This document shows, in pieces, positions 57,808-64,000 of a stretch of 64,000 bases of DNA (positions within the stretch are counted from its first letter, which is position 1; each line of letters opens with the position of its first letter). The translations under genes and the position numbers were made by a program. Source of the DNA: Octopus vulgaris (taxonomy: Eukaryota); the NCBI GenBank assembly GCA_951406725.2, contig OX597834.1:36890001-36954000 (forward strand), written 5' to 3'. The notes under the pieces are model-generated. The model did no database searches. It worked only from the letters and a program-made list of their open reading frames with translations, and was not told where the DNA came from.

Positions 57808-58212
57808 CATACATACATACATACACACATGTATATTTGATATATATGCATGTATACGTAATCGTGTGACTGTTTGTGTATAAATGCATGATGTCTGTAT
57901 CTGTGTGTATAAAATTAGTCTACGCAAAGGTGACAACCGAAATTTGTGCTTTCGTGTGACAGTTCACCGTCAACAAATTCGTTAAAGTTATACGTCGTCG
58001 GTGTTTTGTTATGTATATTGTTCATCGCAGAATCAAATCATGAATCGATGTTAATTATACATTACAAAGACTATAAGATTAAAACATTCTTACTAACAAG
58101 ACAACGCATGCATGTAAAGAGAACACGCTATAAATTACCAATGTAATTATTTGACTGTAAAATTTATAAAACAGCTACAACACACTCTCGTATGCTCACC
58201 ATGCATTTACAG

Positions 58213-58339
<127 letters not shown>

Positions 58340-58349
58340 CACACACACA

Positions 58350-58682
58350 TGACTGAGAGCCCCTTCGGTCACGACACTGACCATGGGATTGCACCAAGAA
58401 AGTTACCCTCCCAGGCACAAGTTCGGGCAATGTTGTTTATGGAAGACCAGCAGTCGCCCATGCATACCAGCCTCCCCTCTCCACGCCACCAGTGTTATCC
58501 AAGGGAAAGGCAAAGGGGCCGATACAGCTTGGCACCTGTGACGTCGCAACTCATTTCTACAGCTGAGTGAACTGGAGTAACGTGAAATAAAGTGTCTTGC
58601 TCAAGAACACAACACGCAGCCCGGTCCGGGATTCGAGCTCACAACCTCACGATCGTAAGCTCGACGCTCTAACCACTGAGCA
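58350..58682 (-). mobile_element. V-domain-like tRNA-derived SINE (second subfamily)
   Basis: Shares cagctgagtg.actggag.aacgtgaaat.aagtgt.ttgctcaagaacacaac and the tRNA head with 26150-26412 but has a different 3' part. Related head at 60810-60943. Confidence 0.8.
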
Positions 58683-59070
58683 CACACACATTTACACATA
58701 CATGCATACGTACATACATACTGATAGATAAATAGGTAGAGAGAGAGAGAGAGGGAGGGAGAGAGAGAGAGAGTGAGGAGTGTGTGTGTCAGACAAATGC
58801 GATTAATAAGTACATAACTTTCTCAAAGTGGAATAAGTAATTTCGCAAGAGAGAGCGAAACGTCAGGGTTTTCTTCTGCCTCGGTACAAAATGATTTATT
58901 CCACTTCATGAAAATGTGAAATATCTTCGCATGAAGGACTCACATTTGAGTGAGAGTGAGAGTGTACGTCAACACTTGACATCCATTTGTAGGTTAGCAG
59001 GAAAGGAAAGGGTTGTGGGGTCTTTCTTTAATTTGTTTTTTGAAGCAGCCATCATCCGCAGGGGACCAAT

Positions 59071-59815
59071 CAAATGTGGGATTCTAACGAAATGTAGGAT
59101 AGCAGACAGATGTTGGGTAATAGACAAAAGTGACGTAACATGCAAATATGGGATAGCAGTATAGAATACTGGCCAATTGTGGGGTAACAAACAAATGTGG
59201 GATAATAGACAAATATGGGAAAGTAGACAGATATGAGATAAAAGGAAAATATAGGGCACTAGCGAAATTTGGGATACCAGACAGTATGAGATAACAGAAA
59301 TATTAGATATCAAGTGTAGGATAACAGACTAGAATGGGATAAGAGACAAATGTGGGATAACAGAGACAAATGTGGGATAATAACGAAATATGGGCTGGAT
59401 AACAGTCAAATGTAGGTATAAAAGCCAAAGGTGGGTATAACAGCCAAATGTGGGGTAACAAACAAATATGGGATAACAGCTAAATGTGGGATAGCTGCCA
59501 AATGTAGGATAACAGCCAAATGTAGGTATAACAGAGACAAACGTGGTATAACAACCAAATATAGGATAACAGCCAAATGTGGGATGGATAACTGTAAAAT
59601 GTGGGATAAGAGCCAAATGTAGGAATAAAAGCTAAATGTGGGTTATAAGAGCCAAATCTGGAATAGCGGTCAAATGTGGGCTAACAACCAAATGAAGGTA
59701 TAACAGCCACATGTGGGATAATAACCAAAATGTGAGTATAACAGCCAAATATGGGATAACAGCCAAATGTAAGTATAACAGTCAAATGTGGGATAACAGC
59801 TAAATACGGGATAGC
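59071..59815. repeat. 18-bp minisatellite (consensus AAATGTGGGATAACAGCC), about 40 diverged units
   Basis: Unit read directly; some 19-20-bp variants; no unique spacers. Confidence 0.9.
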
Positions 59816-60658
59816 TGAGAGACGACCGCAGTACAATAATTCTCAGATAATGAACGAACCTCCGAACTTATACCATAAATATTTTGACCGCTACCAGTGT
59901 CACCATCACCGCCTTCGCTGCCACCATCATCGCTGTCACTAGAGCTCTCATTATCACTGCCACCACAACCAACTCTACTATCCCATGCACCACTGTTGCT
60001 ACCGCCAATACCACACCACCAGCACTAACAACAACATCAACAACACTGCTCCAATCAGTATCAAAAACACTGCTTCCTAACACTACCACTACACAGTCAC
60101 CACAATACTACTACCACGACCACGACCACCACCATCACCACCGCCACCACCACTTGCTGCTGCTGCTACTGCTGCTACTGCTGCTACTGCTGCTGCTACC
60201 GAAACCTTCATCACCACCAGCATCACATAATCATATTCACACTAATAACTCTTTCACGTTCAATGTCTCTACCGCCACCATCACCACCACCACCGCCACA
60301 ACCAACACACAACTACCTCCGCCGCCGCTACCGACACCACCACCACCACCACCACCACCACCACCACCACCGCCACCACCACTACCACCACCACCAGCAG
60401 AAATCTGTATGCTATGCACTCTGTAGCATTGGTGTACCGTAGCCAATATATATTGGAGACATTTATTCCAAGCCATCTGCACCGAATGACCCACTTCCCT
60501 CCTTCCCTCCTTCTCTTCTTCCTGCTCCCCAAACACACACCAATATATATATATATATGTATTGCACTTTATGTCTCTGCTATTGTGGATTGTAAGAACG
60601 GTGTTTAGCTACTGTGTTGCTGTTAATGGGACGGATGCATTTTAATGAGGAGAGATGG

Positions 60659-60719
<61 letters not shown>

Positions 60720-61822
60720 GATGAGAGAAAGAAAGATAGATTAGAAAGGTAGATAGATAAATAGATAGAGAGACAGATAGACGGGTATGCAACAATATAA
60801 ATATATACTAACCCCTGCCGGAACGTCGTGGAGCTTTTGTGTTTTCGCTCAATAAACACTCTCAACGCCCGGTTTGGGAATCGAAACTGCGATCCTACGA
60901 CTGCGAGTCCGCTGCCCTAAACACTGGGCCATTGCGCCTCCACTATACTCATCTCCATCACCACCACCACCACTACCACAGGTACCAGAACTAGAAGCGT
61001 CACTACCACCATACCACAAACGCCACTACGAACACTACGCCCACAACCACAAACATTACGAACAAAACAAAAACCATCACCACCACTACCGTCTCTACCT
61101 CCACCATCACAGCCATCACCATCACCACCATCACCATCACTTCTATCACCACCACTACCACCATCACCACTAGCACCACCACCACTACTATCACCACCAC
61201 TACCACTACGTCCACCGTCACTACCTCCACCATCACAGCCATCACCATCAGCACCATCATCACTTCTATCCCCACCACTACCACCATCACCACTACTACC
61301 ACCACCACTACCACTACCACCACCGTCACTACCTCCACTATCACAGCCATCACCATTAGCACCATCACCATCACTTCTATCACCACCACTACCACTACCA
61401 CGAAAACCACTACCATCACTACCACCACCACCACCACCACCACCACCGCTAACAGTAACATTACTGCCATCCCCACAACCTCCTTCGCCACAACCACCTT
61501 CGCCACAGCCACCGTCGCCACTACCACCACCACTACCACCTCCACTACAGCAGCGAACTGGTCCGAAAAGTGTTGATAGATGTCAAGCAGTGTGATGGTG
61601 ACACTGTTGGCAACTACCATTGGCATCGCTAATAAATGGTGCTCATTAAATATATAGCAAGCCGTTCAACTATGTATGTGTGTGTGTATGTGTGTGTGTA
61701 TACATACATGCATACATACACACACTCACACACACATATATATATACACATACATACATATGTCTGAGTATATATCGTACATATATATGCACACACACAC
61801 ATATATGCATAGGTACGTGTAT

Positions 61823-61855
<33 letters not shown>

Positions 61856-61921
61856 GATCCATATATGTATATAGATACATATATATATATAAATATATAT
61901 ATGTGTGTGTGTATGTGTGTA

Positions 61922-61984
<63 letters not shown>

Positions 61985-62280
61985 AAATACACATATATAT
62001 ATATTTAAATACATACATATATATATATATATATATACACACACATATAGTTATATATTTGCACACAGATATGTCCTTGCGCGCGTGCGCGTGTGTGTGT
62101 GTGTGTGTGTGTGTGTGAGTGTGTGTGTGTGTGTGAGTGTGTGTGTGCGTGTGTATGTGTGTGTGTTTGCACTTACGCATACATAAACATACATTCCTTT
62201 ATGCGTATCGATGTATGAGTGAATATGAAATGGTGCGCACTCTTGTTCGCCGAGACAGAAATAGAAAAACACAGACACAC

Positions 62281-63147
62281 ACGAGGAGTAACCAAAAAAC
62301 ATTTTCTGTGAGACATGCTCGTTGCAGTTTAGGCTGCCACCGCTAGAAGCCACTTGATGCGACCTTCAGGCATCAGTGTGCTGACCAGCGCCGTCAAGTG
62401 GAGTTCTACTGTCACATGGTGCGTCTTTGCTTTGCAGTGATTCTTCACGGATTTTTGCGATAGCCGAAACGTAAGAACCGCGTGCTTCCGTGAAGTTTTG
62501 TTTTCTCCTGGGGTAAACAGCGGCCGAAATAGTTGTCATGCTTCAAATAGCTTACAACGACGCTGCCATGAGCAAAACACAAGTTTAAGAATGGTTCTCA
62601 CGCTTTGGGAACGATTTCTTGTCGCTGGACGATCAACCTCATTCAGGGTGACCGAAAGAAAGAAAACATGACGAAAACTCATGAAATGATCACAGAGGAT
62701 CGTCAATGAACAAATGACGAACTTGTTGATATGACTGGTGTGTCCTGGAGCTCGTTCCAACGGATTTTGAGCGAGGAATTGCGAATGAAAAGAGTTGCAG
62801 CACAATTTGTGTGCCTGGTTTGCTCGCGGAAGATCAAAAGCAGTCACGACTGAATGTGTGTCGTGAACTTGAAAGAACAGTTGGACCCTTTTTTCGAAGG
62901 TCATCACTGGCGACGAAAGCTGGTGCTACGGAATTTGCAGATGTGGAAGAAGTGAAGAAAAAAAAAACGAGGAGGCGTTAAAAGGCATCACTTGACCGGA
63001 GTTCCAACACTGCTTCGGACATTGGAAAACGCGTTTGGACGGTTGCATTGCTTCAAATGGAGAATACTTTGAAGGCGATAAAAGTGTAAACATGTAAAAC
63101 TGAATAAACTATTAATGCCAAATTCCGGATTCTTTTGGGTACCTTCT

Positions 63148-63150
<3 letters not shown>
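62281..63150 (+). mobile_element. Internally deleted mariner transposon, transposase pseudogene
   Basis: RASVKFCFLLG*TAAEIVVMLQIAYNDAAMSKTQV*EWFSRF...SGxP...QRILSEELRMKRVAAQFV...KVITGDESWCYG, jumping to FADVEEVKK...WKTRLD.CIASNGEYFEGD. Imperfect TIRs at 62282 and ~63120-63150. Confidence 0.9.
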
Positions 63151-63185
<35 letters not shown>

Positions 63186-63266
63186 TACGTACGTGTGTAT
63201 GTGTGGGGCATAAACAAAAGTCTGCACGCATTGACAACACATTTATTTACATCTATCAATCTCTCT

Positions 63267-63398
<132 letters not shown>

Positions 63399-64000
63399 CA
63401 TACACATATATATTAACAAAGAGAAAGCGAGAGTAGGAAGCAGCCAGAGAGAGAGAGAGAGAGAGAGAGATGGGGAGAGAGTGAGTGAGTGAATGAGAGA
63501 GAGAGAGAGGGAATCGGAGACAGAGAGAGGGAGAGAGAATGGTATTAAGAGAGAACAACTGCTCAATTTCCAGAACTCGTGTCAATCTGCCGACCGCTAT
63601 TTGTGTGTTAATCACTCGAATAAATCTCAGCACGATTAACATTGAACACACACGGTCTATTATTGTACAAGTAATTCTTTATATAATATATGTATAGTGT
63701 TGCTTTATTTATCATTGTCCGGTCATTAAATTTGTACTATTGCGTAAATGAAGATTTAGCTCTTAAAACCTTGTTTAGAATTTCTGTGGAGTAGAAATTG
63801 TTGCTAAGGTGCTACGGTAGGTGAAGATCTGTGTAAGCATGGTTGAACAGCTCCAGTAATTTTGAATGATTGAGCTAAACGATTCTAGATGAGTCAGTAA
63901 TAACGGATTAAGGTAGACAGATGGAACGTCCTTTGAATCTGCCGAAGTCATTATGTCTTATGCTATAATTTCGCTTGGTAATTCCAAAGCCTGACTGCAC

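Noticed and set aside
59071-59815. CRISPR array or Cys-rich repeat protein
   Set aside because: Units are contiguous without unique spacers, the context is eukaryotic with no cas genes, and frames are interrupted.
62281-63150. Functional transposase or SETMAR-like gene
   Set aside because: Multiple stops and frameshifts, and most of the catalytic domain is deleted.

Overview
AT-rich eukaryotic genomic DNA dominated by microsatellites and decayed mobile elements. The SINE families and repeat density suggest an octopod cephalopod (inference, not a database match). Almost every ORF in the supplied track is a spurious translation of simple repeats. One genuine host coding exon is recognisable: 8536-8672 (+), a terminal exon encoding the MyoD/MRF helix-III motif SSLDCLSLIVESIS. 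Its bHLH exon(s) were not found and probably lie upstream of the window. The rest comprises multimeric Meta-domain-like SINEs, CORE-like and V-domain-like SINEs, relics of R4/Dong-, RTE- and CR1/L2-type LINEs, a Penelope-like (GIY-YIG) relic, mariner/Tc1 relics and MITEs. The most interesting non-genic signal is a set of short Penelope-pLTR-like elements, mostly adjoining (TA)n tracts. They carry minimal type I hammerhead ribozyme motifs, several with variant cores, and/or form long fold-back inverted repeats; in one case the hammerhead core fills the hairpin loop exactly. All family assignments come from motif recognition by eye, and repeat boundaries are approximate.
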